A stretch of DNA of 64,000 bases, taken from positions 54,389,659 through 54,453,658 of the forward strand of contig NC_068985.1 of assembly GCF_001194135.2 (NCBI RefSeq), given 5' to 3'. Shown here one piece after another: positions 42,380-54,655 of this stretch. The number at the start of each line of letters is the position of its first letter. Position 1 is the stretch's first letter. This DNA is from Octopus bimaculoides (Eukaryota). A model generated the notes under the pieces. It did not search any database. It saw only the letters and a list, made by a program, of their open reading frames with translations, and was not told where the DNA came from. Position numbers and translations under genes: made by a program.

Positions 42380-43760
42380 GTATGCGTGTGAGCCAAAAGG
42401 GAATATGTAGGATGTGCATGGCATGCATGCAAGGTAACATAGATTAGAGCGTCAATGTATGGTGGAGTGTTAATATAAGGATACAGAAGGTAAATGATAC
42501 GGTGTGTATGTGAAAATGCTGTGTTGGCATACAGGTAGAAAAACGGAGTGAGGTATAGTATATGTGTAGGGCAGGTAGGAAAGCAAGTCACTTGTTAATA
42601 TCAGTAGAGTACATATGTTGAAGTGGAAGATCAACAGCTGTTCATGACAAAGCCAGGAAATGGGAGTACTATGATGTGGTATAATCCCCCAAACTAGATG
42701 CAAGGTGCAAGACAAGTGAAGTGGAGGGCTACAAACCTAAGTGATCTGATGTAGTTTGTAGTTTCAAATGACCTGCAAGTTTTTGCTAAAGAGAGCTGCA
42801 ACTGGCAACCAGGTTTTTCTATGTATGGTAAGTAACAGAGTTTGCATTTATAGCAGTAAATGACATTTTTGGAAGTGCAAATGAAGCAGTTCAGAAATTA
42901 ATAGTTGACTTCAATATAAGGTGATGGACAACACGATCTATGTTGCAATGTAAGCAAAGGATTCAGGTTGGGTGTAGATCAGAAAGAAAGCCACCCAAAT
43001 TTCAGTCATGTCTGAAGGAAGAAGGTGTTCAGACAAAATAAGGATGGCAACAGGGGTAAGAAGAAACAAAAGTGTTGTAGGCAATAGTGCTTAAGAGCTG
43101 TTGGGTGGAAAGTAGTTGGTGAAGGCAAGTTCAAGGCAATAGGGTAGGGATGTAATAGCAAGCAACATCAACAGTTGCTTGGGATAAGCACATTGCAGGA
43201 AGAAGTAGACAACATGGAAAGAGAGAGTGTGAGAGGAGGAAGAATAGTATACCAACACATTTTATGCAATCTTTCATTACTTAGGCATCCTGATGGGAGA
43301 GAGAGTCACTAACGCAGCTTCGTGTTCGTTGGTGAGAAAGAGAGAGTATGTGATGGATAGCTATAGGAATTGGTGGTGGTAAGAGAATGTGACAGATGTC
43401 AATAAAGTATGACAGAAGTATGGAGGTTAGCAGCAAAGACAGGTAATGTTAACTGGTTAAGAGATGGATGTCAATAAAGGTATTACCTTAAGGAGGGGAG
43501 TGCTAACTAGTAGTGGGCAGGAGTAAAAGAAGGAATGTATTAGACACCAGAAGATCTGACGCAATCCCTCATTACTTGAGCATTGTGAATCAGAAGAGAA
43601 GTGAGATGATAGAGAGGTGATCAATGAATATGGACAGATCCATTAAGTCTCATTTAGTATGTAGTATTGGGTAATGAACAAGAGAAGCAATAATAGAGAG
43701 ATGAGAGAGTATCAAACAACCAAAGTGAGCAATAGATTGTACAAATGAGTGAAAGACCTA
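42380..43760 (-). mobile_element. Decayed Penelope-like retroelement (RT C-terminus plus GIY-YIG endonuclease)
   Basis: Minus translation FICTSKNVIYCYKCKLCYLPYIEKPGCQL at ~42790-42885 matches the PLE GIY-YIG pattern (FTC.S.NVIY.I.C..C...YIG.T.R.L); many stops and frameshifts. Confidence 0.65.
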
Positions 43761-43929
43761 GATGCTTATATATATTATATACTCTCACCACCCCCATTTT
43801 CACCAAGCATGTATGAGTGCTTATGTCTTTGCCAGTACTACATATTGCTAATTAACACAGTCCTTTGTCACCTCCTCTGTATGTTACATTTACTTTGAGT
43901 GCTCAGCACTTCCTTAAGTAGCCGTCATC

Positions 43930-44700
43930 CTCAATACATATCACATGCCCATAGTACTACCATCAGCTCTCTCTAGGTCATCAGGATATAAGTCACACAA
44001 ACAGCCAGTTTTAGGACTATAATGAACAGGTGGGACTAAGGACTGAGCCTTGATGAATTCTACCTGCACACTAAATTCATTGCTGAACTCATTATTGTCT
44101 CTCACTTTGCTAACTGCACCTTTATACATAGCTTGTCCGGTCCTCACCTACCATTCATCTACACCAAATTTCTTTAGTGGCCATCAGATAACAGTGTGGT
44201 ACCTTGTCAAATGCCTTCTCGAAGTAGATAAATACTAGGTATATTGGTTTATTCTTAGCTAAGTACTTTCAAAGTTATCACACTAGGAAGATCACCGGTG
44301 GTATCTTTTCCAGGCATAATGTTAAGCTGCATCTCATTTATTCTAATTCTGTTCGTAATCAATAATGCTCTCTTTCCATCACTTCTATAACCTAGTTTCA
44401 CAATCAATGCCTCTATAACTGCTTCTCTATATGCATCTGTTTTGCCCTTGTAACAGTGTCCTCCTGCACCTGTCACTGGACATATGACATCTTCCTGTAT
44501 TACCAAATTAACTATTTAAGCACCATAAAACACCAGATATTTGAAACATCTCAGCAATGACATCTGATAGACCAGCAACTTCCTTTGCCTTCATATCCTT
44601 TAACCTCTCTATCTACCATACTACTGTTAACTTGAATCACTGGTCCCTCTGTTGGGTCAACATGAGGTAGACCCATTATTTCCTATGAATTGCATTCATT
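43930..44700 (-). mobile_element. RTE-clade LINE reverse transcriptase fragment
   Basis: Motifs CYKGKTDA, INEMQLNIMPGKDTT, IYFEKAFDKVP, QAMYKGAVSKVR and HQGSVLSP across frames. Confidence 0.85.
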
Positions 44701-44901
44701 CAACAACCCTTCATAATAGTATTTCCTTACCTCTTTTTTCTTCAGCAGTAAGGGTAAGTATGCCTCTATTATTCCAAATACACTTCTCCCCAATGACTTA
44801 GTTTTATCTGGTGCTCATATATATTAACAGCTAAGGGCTACAAGGCAAAGGAAAAAAGTGGCTGCAAATATACTGTCTGCACTGACCCATAATCTTCATA
44901 C

Positions 44902-44959
44902 TTGCAGCATCTCTAAGCTTCTTTGCAAATTGCTGGCAGATCTCAAAAGTCAAATTCAA
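44902..44959 (-). CDS. Gene B internal exon, 58 nt (LNLTFEICQQFAKKLRDAA)
   Basis: Branch-like ctaac plus ctttctttgtcag acceptor, donor CAA|gtatga; single open frame. Confidence 0.5.
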
Positions 44960-45689
44960 CTGACAAAGAAAGTGCATGTTGTTAGAGCCTTGTACATTGA
45001 AACTTATGGGAGAGATCATCATTATCATCATATATATATACACAGACACACACACATACACGACAGCATCATCATCATTAAAACTTAATTTCTTTTAAGC
45101 CTAGTACTTGTTTTATCAGTCTCTTTTGCTAAACCACTAAGTTGCAAAGACATAAACACACCAACACAGGTTGTCAAGAGGGGAAAAAACAGACACACGC
45201 ATGTATATATTATCATCAATGTTTTAATGGCTACTTTTCCATACTTGCATGGGTCACGCAAAATTCACTGAGGCAGATTTTCCTGTTGCCAACCTTCACC
45301 TGTCTCCAAAGTAATATTTCCCCAAGGTCAGATATGTTTTCACAGAAGATTGGAAATGAATGAGTGCTTATACAAAGAAGATGCTCCTTTACAACAATCA
45401 CATGGTGTCAAAACAAGGAGACACACACACTCACTCACTCACAATGAGCCTGTGTCAGTTTCTGTCAAACAAGTCCACAAAGCTTTGATCCATGTAGGGT
45501 TACATTAGAAGCATGTCTTCTACTATACAATGAGCTTCTTTCTACCAAATAACACTTATCAGACTTTGATTGGCCCAAGATACCATGCAGTGGGACTGAA
45601 CCTGAAACAACACAGCCGGGAAGCAAACTTCTTAATCACATAGCCATTTTGACATTTATTTCACCACGCTTGCATGAGTAGGCAGACCT

Positions 45690-47330
45690 TTCCCAGCACC
45701 ACATGTCACCAATTCTCATCCTTTTGATGAGGCTCAGCATCTTGAAGTTAGTTTTCACCACATTGTCTCATACCTAACCACTTAACCCAATCCTTCTTCC
45801 CCAGAACATTAGCCTTCCAGAATATCCTTCCAGTTCAAGTCTTTCCTGTAAAGGTTTTAGCAGAACATTAATAGCATCAATCTCACCAGTTTTGCAGAGT
45901 TTGCTCCTTTCTTGAGATTCAGCAAGAAAAAAGTAAAAAATATATTCCTGTGTCTCCCTCTTTCACAACTTCCATCTACATTTAGCTATCAGCATTTCCT
46001 TATGCAGCAGTCAACCTCCAAACGTACCTCATGGCCATAGAGTGCAGTCTTCTCTTTTTACATATTACATGCAAGTCCTCTCATAATCAATTTTTCTCTC
46101 AGTTCATTTATACTTTATTGTTTATACACACTAATATTATACATCCAGCAGAGCATGCTTGCTTCAGTTCTTTCCAATCTTTACACCCCCTCTGCATTCA
46201 GTGTCCACTTTACACTACCATGCAGCATCAGAGATCATAGACAAATATCATGTAGTGCACCACTCACTAGGAGACAGAACTTTGTGGCTAGCAGAGGTAA
46301 TAGCTCCTTGAGTTTGTCCACCCTGTTCACACTCTGGCTACTATGCTTTCAACACAGCTACATCCACTGCAAATTAGGTCACCTAGGTCAGGGGTTTTCA
46401 AACTTTTTGACTTGTGGACCCCTTTATATTTCAGGCTTTACCTTAGGGACCCCCTTATAAACGCTTATAAAATTTATACATAAATATTTGCTTAAAATAA
46501 CATGTTTTTACATTTGTTTAGTTAACAGTATTTAACAAATTGGTTTATTGTCAATTAAAAGATTTCGATTAAAAACCATATATAAAATCAAATTGCCCAT
46601 AAAAAGTATTTGCTGTTCACGGACCCCTGTCTTGTCCTTGCGGACCCCCTGTGGTCCTCGGACCACAGTTTGAAAACCACTGAGCTAGGTAACAAAAGCT
46701 CTCAACTAATTCTAAGTGAGCTTTCCAAGAATTTCATGGAATTTATTTTGTGTTTAATAAACAATTTTTGTGCATCTACTACATACGAGGCCAATGTCAC
46801 ATGTGATTTCACAACACTTCTGTGCATCATTTTACCAATTCCTTTTTTACATACTAAGCAGGACCACTTCGCTGATTGCAGCAGGGCCTTGCCATCTTTT
46901 CTATTTACTAAAACTATAATCTTTACTAAGTTTACTTTGAGGTCTTACGATTCTTGATTTTGTTTGCAAGTCTAAAATTTCTCTCCATCTACAGATTCTG
47001 CTATAAGAAGTAGGTCACTAACATATAGTTCACGCAGCAGCGCTCTCAAACTCCCCTCTTTATGGCCTAGAGAGCTACAAAAAATATATAAAGGGCGGAG
47101 GACTGACTGAGTCTCAAGACTCAGACATGCCTGCATCACTGCTGAATTCACAGCTAATCCTCACTTTGCTGACAGCAACTGTACCACTTGACATAGTTTG
47201 TCTGACCTCCAGAAACAATACATTTATTCTTAGCTTCCTTAGCGACCACCAGATTACAGTCTCTAGAACCCTGTCAAAGAGTTTTGCCAAGCCAATAAAG
47301 AATGCAAAATATAGAAGTTTACTCCGTGTA
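45690..47330 (-). mobile_element. Second decayed RTE-clade LINE (RT to 3' end), interrupted by a hAT MITE
   Basis: LAKLFDRVLETVIWWSLRKL and AVSKVRI near 47300-47170; MLHGSVKWTLNAEGV*RLERTEASMLCWM at ~46230-46140. Confidence 0.8.
46389..46682. mobile_element. hAT (Charlie-like) MITE
   Basis: TIRs CAGGGGTTTTCAAACT / AGTTTGAAAACCACTG (15/16); 8-bp TSD acctaggt / agctaggt (7/8). Confidence 0.85.
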
Positions 47331-47365
47331 CATACATATATGTATTTATATTATAAATCTCTCCC

Positions 47366-47397
<32 letters not shown>

Positions 47398-47469
47398 ACT
47401 ATGAAACTATTAGTAGCTCTTTCAGTTGTGTATACTATGAAACTATTAGTAGCTCTTTCAGTTGTGTAT
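47398..47469. repeat. Exact 36-bp tandem duplication between (TA)n tracts
   Basis: actatgaaactattagtagctctttcagttgtgtat x2. Confidence 0.95.
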
Positions 47470-47480
47470 TTAATTATATA

Positions 47481-47556
<76 letters not shown>

Positions 47557-47850
47557 CACACACACACTGATAGTGACTCCGAAACTTCCAAGTCACTGTC
47601 GATTTTTTCCTTGTAAAAGTTTGATAAACATATCCACTACTAAAGTTTTGAATAAATCTTTAATGTTAGATTGTTCTTTTTTTCTTTTTGTTATAAAGAA
47701 CTCGACATAATACAACAGACTAATATATATATACACACGTATACAAAAATATATACACACGTATATAACATATGTAAAGTACATACACTTCCGCACATAT
47801 ATAAATAAGCGTACATACATATAAATACATAAATATGGACATGCATACAC

Positions 47851-47983
47851 ATATCCAGACATCAGACTAGAAGCCGTTAGTAAGAACTTCATGGCAGCTA
47901 AGTTGAACACCCAAAATTCACACAACCGTTTGTTGGTTGTGCAGATTTCGCCCATCCTAGTGGGATGGCAATCAAAAATACAC
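47851..47983 (-). CDS. Gene B candidate exon 2 (CIFDCHPTRMGEICTTNKRLCEFWVFNLAAMKFLLTASSLMSGY)
   Basis: Acceptor aaatatcag at 47984, in phase with exon 1. The donor needed for phase (gtgtat) is weak, and an alternative acceptor exists at 48218. Confidence 0.3.
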
Positions 47984-49104
47984 CTGATATTTCCACGGGA
48001 GAATTCGTGAAGAGAAAAGATGGAAGAGTGTTTAAAAAGTTAAAAAGAGTAATTCAAGATGTGTGCGATACGTTAATAGTCGTTCTTCTAAATTCATCAT
48101 CACTTCCTTCAAGACTCTCTAGAGAAATAAAGATTTTAGTAACAACAACGGTCCTAAAATGGATGCTTGTCTTTGATTTCTAAATTCATTCCCTTGGTTC
48201 GCTTTGTAAAGAAACACCTGAAATGGGGGGGAGGATAGTGGATAAGGATAAACAGAATTTAGTATGATAACATTGTGGGAATTAAACCATTGTGTGTGTG
48301 TGTGTGTGTAAATATTTTGATGTCATCAATGAATCAGAAAGAGGGAGAGAGAGGATACCAACCCAAATTCACGCCCTGACACTAAACTCACACACATGAC
48401 GAGTGGAAGTGTGTGTGCCTGTATGCATAAACATTTTGATGTCCTCAAAGAATTCGGAAAGAGACAGAGAAAAGAAAGGACGATCAATCTAAGTTCAGCC
48501 CCCCCCCACACACACACACACGCGCGAAAATCACATATCACATACCATACAGACAATGTGTGATTATGTGTGTGTGTGTGTGAATGTAAACATTTCGATC
48601 TCAATGAATTCAAAGATTGAAAAAGAAAGAGAGAATGATCAACTAAAATTCACCTCACACACACACACATAACAAGAAAATGAGTGTATGATTGTATACG
48701 TGTGTGGAAGAAAGTTGTGAAAAGTGTGAGGGAGAAAGACGAAGTAGAATCGGCAATTTCCGTTGGAAACATTTGGCAACAAGATAAGAAGAATTAGCAA
48801 GAACAAACATAAACTCAGAGTTGATGAATAAGAGACGATGGTAGGCTAAAATAATAAATTGTGTGTCTATGCGAATAAAGAGGGCATATTTGCAGAGATG
48901 TTTGTGATGTATGTCAGAAATATGCGGCAGAGTTAGACGAAGAGGAAATGACAGAGATGTAGATGGACTGAGGCGAATGTGTGTGAGTGTCTGAGTGTGT
49001 TTATGTGTCTGTATGAATGTGTGTGTGTGGACAGATAGATGAGACAGGGAAGAATGCAGGGAGATGTATACAGAGAAGCAAAGTGGAATATAGAATTAGA
49101 GAAG

Positions 49105-49250
49105 AGTGTGTGTGTGTGTGTGTGTATAAAGGAGAAAAGCAGGTAAGAATGTAGATGGATAGATAGATAGAGAGAGAGAGAGACAGACAGAGACAGATAG
49201 ATAGAGAGAGAGAGACAGACAGATAGAGAGAGAGAGACAGACAGACAGAC

Positions 49251-49289
<39 letters not shown>

Positions 49290-49315
49290 CAGAGACAGAT
49301 AGATAGATAGATATA
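49105..49315. repeat. Compound microsatellite (TG)n/(GATA)n/(GACA)n/(GA)n
   Basis: Directly visible; lies in the first intron of gene B. Confidence 0.95.
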
Positions 49316-49397
49316 AACACTGGAACAATGAATAATGGCAGAGAAAAAATAGATGGATATCCTTTTTTTCTGTTTGTTTAGATTTTTAAAAATTTAC

Positions 49398-49414
49398 CTC
49401 TCGGGCAAGGACAT
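49398..49414 (-). CDS. Gene B candidate first coding segment (MSLPE R..), in a CpG-rich first exon extending to ~49600
   Basis: ATG at 49414, donor GAG|gtaaat at 49397, in-frame stop upstream; CpG-rich context. Confidence 0.4.
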
Positions 49415-50178
49415 CTTTTCGTGTTGTCCAGTATCTTCAGATGTGAGAAAAGTGGCGCCGTCGATACACTCGTATTTCCATTTGTTGGTAATGTGAAGTT
49501 AAAATGACAGAGGAAGGTTGAGAGAATTAACTTATGATGAGTAAGACAACAAGTTATACAACCGCTTCCTTCGGAGACTGGTAGAAAGCTGTTAGATTCC
49601 ACTAAATCCTTGTTCGGCTTTATCATAGACGGTTATATTTAGTAGTTTGGAGTTTTTTCCCTAAATAACAAATCCTCATGGAAGGCACATTTGTTGATAT
49701 ATTTACACAAGTCTGATATTTCAGTAATGACAGACACGATCTGCTAGACAGGAGCCGGAATACATTTCTGGGAATTCAGCACTTTATATCAGGCCTCTGT
49801 GTCAGTTAGAAATTCCATGATTACTAAGATGCTTTAGTTTTCAGAATTTAAAAAAAACTAATACGAAAGCAAATATTCTTCATAATTCGCAACACTGAAA
49901 ACAATGAACGAAATGATATCTTAAATGTTAAGTATACAGTGTGAACTATTTTTTAGATCGGATGACTTCTTAGACAGAGTTTGCGACCTACTTCTGACAA
50001 ATTTGAAGTTTCTGAGAGTAAAGTTATTACAATAGAATTAAAGTAATATAAATGCTGTATATATTTTTAAAATTAATATATGAAATTTAAATGAACTTAT
50101 TTAATTTTGAATAAAAATTTTAAAAAATCACCGAACTAAAATAATTCCAATCCCGCACTTTGGTCATGTGATCTTGTA
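49415..50178. promoter_or_regulatory. Putative bidirectional promoter / 5' UTRs between gene B (-) and gene C (+)
   Basis: Divergent ATG-plus-donor first exons 764 bp apart; CpG retained; strand skew flips here; E-box/M-box-like GGTCATGTGATC at 50162-50173; YY1-like ATGGCG core over the gene C start. Confidence 0.5.
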
Positions 50179-50270
50179 ATGATGGCGTCGTCTAAGAAGG
50201 AAGGGGTTGTTTCTGTTCCAATTGGTATAGAATTACTACCGACTGTAGAATGTATAAATAGGAATAAAGC
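50179..50270 (+). CDS. Gene C first coding exon (MMASSKKEGVVSVPIGIELLPTVECINRNKA), product unidentified
   Basis: ATGATGGCG start context, 30 open codons, consensus donor GC|gtaagt at 50271; T-rich intron-like plus strand downstream. Confidence 0.7.
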
Positions 50271-52027
50271 GTAAGTATTGACAAATTAACAACACCTATT
50301 CCTCTATATCATTTAAAACTATCGTATTTAGGCTGTCGATTGTTCCAACTCTTTTTTTTTTATATTGCTTTGACACCGGATAGTTTACACTTTCGGGGTT
50401 TTTTTTTCTTTTTGTTGTTGTGTAAACAAATGATCAAGTGTCAACTGTTTTACCTTGATTACAAAGAATCGAGGCTTGTCGGTGCTTTCTGACCGATTTT
50501 AAAATATTTACACATTCAGTTGCATTTGGATATTGTTTAGTTTCGATCGAATTAATTTGTTAAATATGATATTCACTACATATGTGATTGCTTGAGTTTA
50601 CATTATTTTGATGAAGGTTCTCAACCATGTGTAATTGTCAACACTGTCGATCTTCATTGCGAGTTTGAAATAAATATTCGAATCTACTAAACTAATGTAT
50701 TATATGGAGGCAGAAATGTTGTCATGGAGCAAGATTTACTCTCTCCCATCAATTGTTTTATGTCGTGGTTGTATGTTCGTCCGTTTATTCTTGGTCGTAA
50801 ATTTATTACATACACCTCAGATTAAGGGTGACGAAAAGAGATTATGTGGTGTTCATTTCTTTATTAAAACACTGTAGACTTCATAACTATACAGAGCACC
50901 TACTTGTCATCTAACTAAATATAATAACTATTATTGTTATTTCAGATTTTGACATTAAACCAGCAATTTTAGGTTGAATGTCGATGTAATCGACTTACCC
51001 AGTCGATTACGTCGACCCTTGTGCTTGACGGGTACTTTATTTTATTGATTCCAAAAGGACAAGTAGACTTCAGCGTTATTTGAACTCAGAACATTGAGAC
51101 GAAAGAAATGCTACCAAGCATTTGTCCGACACGCTAACGATTCTGTCGGCTAATTGCCTTAATCATATTGTTTCGAAATTCGCGAGAACAGTTGATTATA
51201 TTGACAACCTAGTACTTAACAGATACCTTACATTATTGCCACCGGAGGAATGAAAGGTAAAGCTGATATCAACGATTGATCTCTTGTTTAGTTTGACTTT
51301 ATTTTTTCTTTCTCATTGGCCATTAATCTTCATTCGTGACAATGATTTGCCGTCCTTGGCATTGAAGAAAAATACTAAACACTTTACATTTATTGATTGT
51401 GCTCTATTAAAATCATGAGAAATATAAAGTAACGAATGTGTAGCATTAGAACAGGTGTCTTAAGCAGCACATTAAATATCGATATAATGAATAAATTAAA
51501 AAACACTCGCGTTTTAGATGTATACTTGATAAAAATACACGACTAAACTCTGACAAAAAAGCAGCATTGTAATCTTGAAAACATTCATTGATTAAGGACA
51601 GCATGAAACTTTATCAAACCAAATATTCAAGGAATATACAGGTACGATCCTTTTCACAAAGATCTGGCAAGCAGGGAGTCAAGCTGACGAATGGATTTAA
51701 GGCGCACATAAAAGGCTAGAAGGCATCCAAGATGCGAATGGAACAGAAATTCTTTTCCTTTTGTGATGTTTAATAAAAAAAGAAAGTGATACATATCGAC
51801 AATGGGAACATAGATAGATAGATTGATAGATACATACATACACACACGGGCGTGTATGATTGTCTATAGAAGAATATATAACTCAAAGAAATTCCAACTT
51901 TGTCTGATTTTCACGTTTTATTTACAATCTTATAATGATATAATATAATGAAATGATAGAATATTAAATGTCCATTCTGATTGAACTAGTACTTTCATGC
52001 ATTAAACTATGCAATCTNNNNNNNNNN

Positions 52028-52086
<59 letters not shown>

Positions 52087-52350
52087 AGTGCGAACACGCT
52101 ACCTTTAAGATAGCATGTTTTATATTGGTTTGATGTCATTGTTTCATATATTCCTGTAGCGTATATGTGTAAGTATACAAATGTCATGCATGTGGGGAAA
52201 ATGCTGGTAAGACATGTTGCATGAATGAAGCTCGAACATAAATAATAGAAAACGTTAAGTAGAGCAATAAGATGAAATGCATTTTAAAAGAATGGACATT
52301 ATTAAGCAATAAAAAATTACTACCGAAATACTGGTAATAAATTTATATAT

Positions 52351-52513
52351 ATAGACAACATATTCTCAATATAAAATAATGTACATTTAAACACAAGAGA
52401 AACTACCTTTAACAGGTAGCTTTACACGCTAGAAGAAGCAGTCAAAAACGACCAAAACCACATTTAAATGTGTTTAAATGTACACTATTTTATATTGAGA
52501 AAATGTTGTCTAT
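52351..52513. repeat. 45-bp inverted repeat (43/45) with 73-bp spacer
   Basis: 52351-52395 versus the reverse complement of 52469-52513. Confidence 0.9.
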
Positions 52514-52584
52514 TGACTTTTTTTTATACATGCTAGGCCACTGATAGTGAAATTTCTAAAAAAAAATTTTAAAAACTCGCTTCC

Positions 52585-52621
<37 letters not shown>

Positions 52622-53709
52622 TTGTTTCGAAATACGCGAAAACAGTTGATTATATTGGCACCCTAGCTTTGAGTGACTTGTGAACCTGATACCGGCATCA
52701 TTTGGACAGTGTTGGAGTATTCCCAACATTGTACAGATGATGTAGCGCTGACGGCAATATTGGAGAGATTAAAGTTTGAGCTTTTTGAGGCGATTCCAAT
52801 AGTCATAACCTGCCTTGCCTTTTGTGTGTGTGTGTGTGTGTGTGTTCGATCTTTGGGGGTGCTTCAATTTTAATATTTTATTTTGTGCAGGGAGTCCATT
52901 GTTGGCAGCATCATTCAAAGTGAAGTCTTACAAACGTAGAGAAGAGAATCTAAGATCTTTGAACGGGAAAGTTCTAAGGATCTAAGAGCACATTCTGAAG
53001 GTCAAATCGACTTTATTGTTGATGTTTGCTCTCCAGCTTAGTTTGTTGACTGTAGTTACATCAAGTTTTTATTATTTGACATAACGAGTTTACCCGAAGG
53101 GAGAAAATATGTCTAAGTATTCTCTCTTTTTTAAAGTGAATGGGGATGAACTCAAATATGTACTTATATGTCTGTTCACTTCTATTTTTAATTATTTGAA
53201 ATCTTTCTGTAAAGGAGCTGGTTCGTAACAAAGATACAAAACCCCATCGTTGGAATATAGATATAAAAAAAGAACGACTACATATTTTAAACTTCAGAAA
53301 AGTTTTACATATTTTTACTGTTCCGCTTCAGACTATTTCTGTAATGTAAGCGTTAGCTGTTTGATTTCCTTTCTTATCCTCATTGTCGCTTGCACCAATT
53401 ATTATTGGAATAAATGTGAATTTATAATCTGAGTATAGAAGCTGGAAGTTTCGAAGCAGTTGTTCGGAGTTGTCCTCTTTCTTTTTGATTTTCGAAAATA
53501 TTTTCACATCAGTGGGACAGCTGACCTTTCATAACTGTACTTACTACCTCTTGTATGTCCCAAACAACAATATCCGATCTATTATGTTTACACTTGGGGG
53601 AAATTTTAATGAGACTGTTCCACTAATATTCCTTGTGTTGATATTTATGTATGTATTCAATAACAGGGGAGTGAGTTCTCTACATTTATCCCCAGACGCA
53701 TCTTTTCAG

Positions 53710-53735
53710 ATGCTTTAGTCTTGTGGCATTGGGTG
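53710..53735 (+). CDS. Gene C candidate exon 2 (CFSLVALG)
   Basis: Acceptor catcttttcag, donor GTG|gtaagt, phase-compatible with exon 1. The donor also resembles a SINE head motif. Confidence 0.25.
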
Positions 53736-54050
53736 GTAAGTACTTCGATGACAATTTTTGGCAGCTACTGATCATATGTGACGTCTTCCTATGTGTGTGT
53801 GTGTTGCATTGTAGTAGTTTAGTCTGAAAGAAGGGGTTGCGTCCTTCACTTTCCCAGGCACTCCCGACCCCATGTGATCAACGTGACAGTACTAGTCAAG
53901 AAGTGAGTCTACTAAAATCCAACTGCGACCCATCCTCAAATATGGGGACGTCGTTTATACATTTACATTGAGAACGTTGTTTACATACTTTTAGTTTACT
54001 ACTGAATACACAAATCTTACATATTTTCGTATATAAAACTCTCTTCATTG

Positions 54051-54101
<51 letters not shown>

Positions 54102-54180
54102 GTTCTTTTTCTATTATTGATTAATGTTAAATGAATATTCGTGACACCTGTTATAGAACTCATTACGTGGCTTATTTGTC

Positions 54181-54655
54181 TCTACTCTACTCTTTTACTT
54201 GTTTCAGTCATTTGACTGCGGCCATGCTGGAGCACCGCCTTTTTAGTCGAGCATATCGACCCCAGGACTTATTCTTTGTAAGCCTAATACTTATTCTAGC
54301 GGTCGCTTTTGCCGAACCGCTAAGTTACGGGGACGTAAACACACCAGCATCGGTTGTCANNNNNNNNNNNNNNNNNNNNNNNNNNNNNNNNNNNNNNNNN
54401 NNNNNNNNNNNNNNNNNNNNNNNNNNNNNNNNNNNNNNNNNNNNNNNNNNNNNNNNNNNNNNNNNNNNNNNNNNNNNNATATATATATATATATATATAC
54501 GACGGGCTTCTTTCAGTTTCCGTCTACCAAATCCACTCACAAGGCTTTGGTCGGCCCGAGGCTATAGTAGAAGACACTTGCTTAAGGTGCCACGCAGTGG
54601 GACTGAACCCGGAATCATGCGGTTGGTAAGCAAGCTACCTACCACACAGTCACTC
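54181..54655 (-). mobile_element. Full-length family 1 SINE, CpG-intact
   Basis: Reverse complement of the 4866-5277 copy; N gap inside its microsatellite. Confidence 0.85.

Noticed and set aside
53213-53343. Open exon-like segment ELVRNKDTKPHRWNIDIKKERLHIL.. in gene C
   Set aside because: Starts in phase 0 whereas exon 1 ends in phase 2, and no bridging exon was found; left unassigned.
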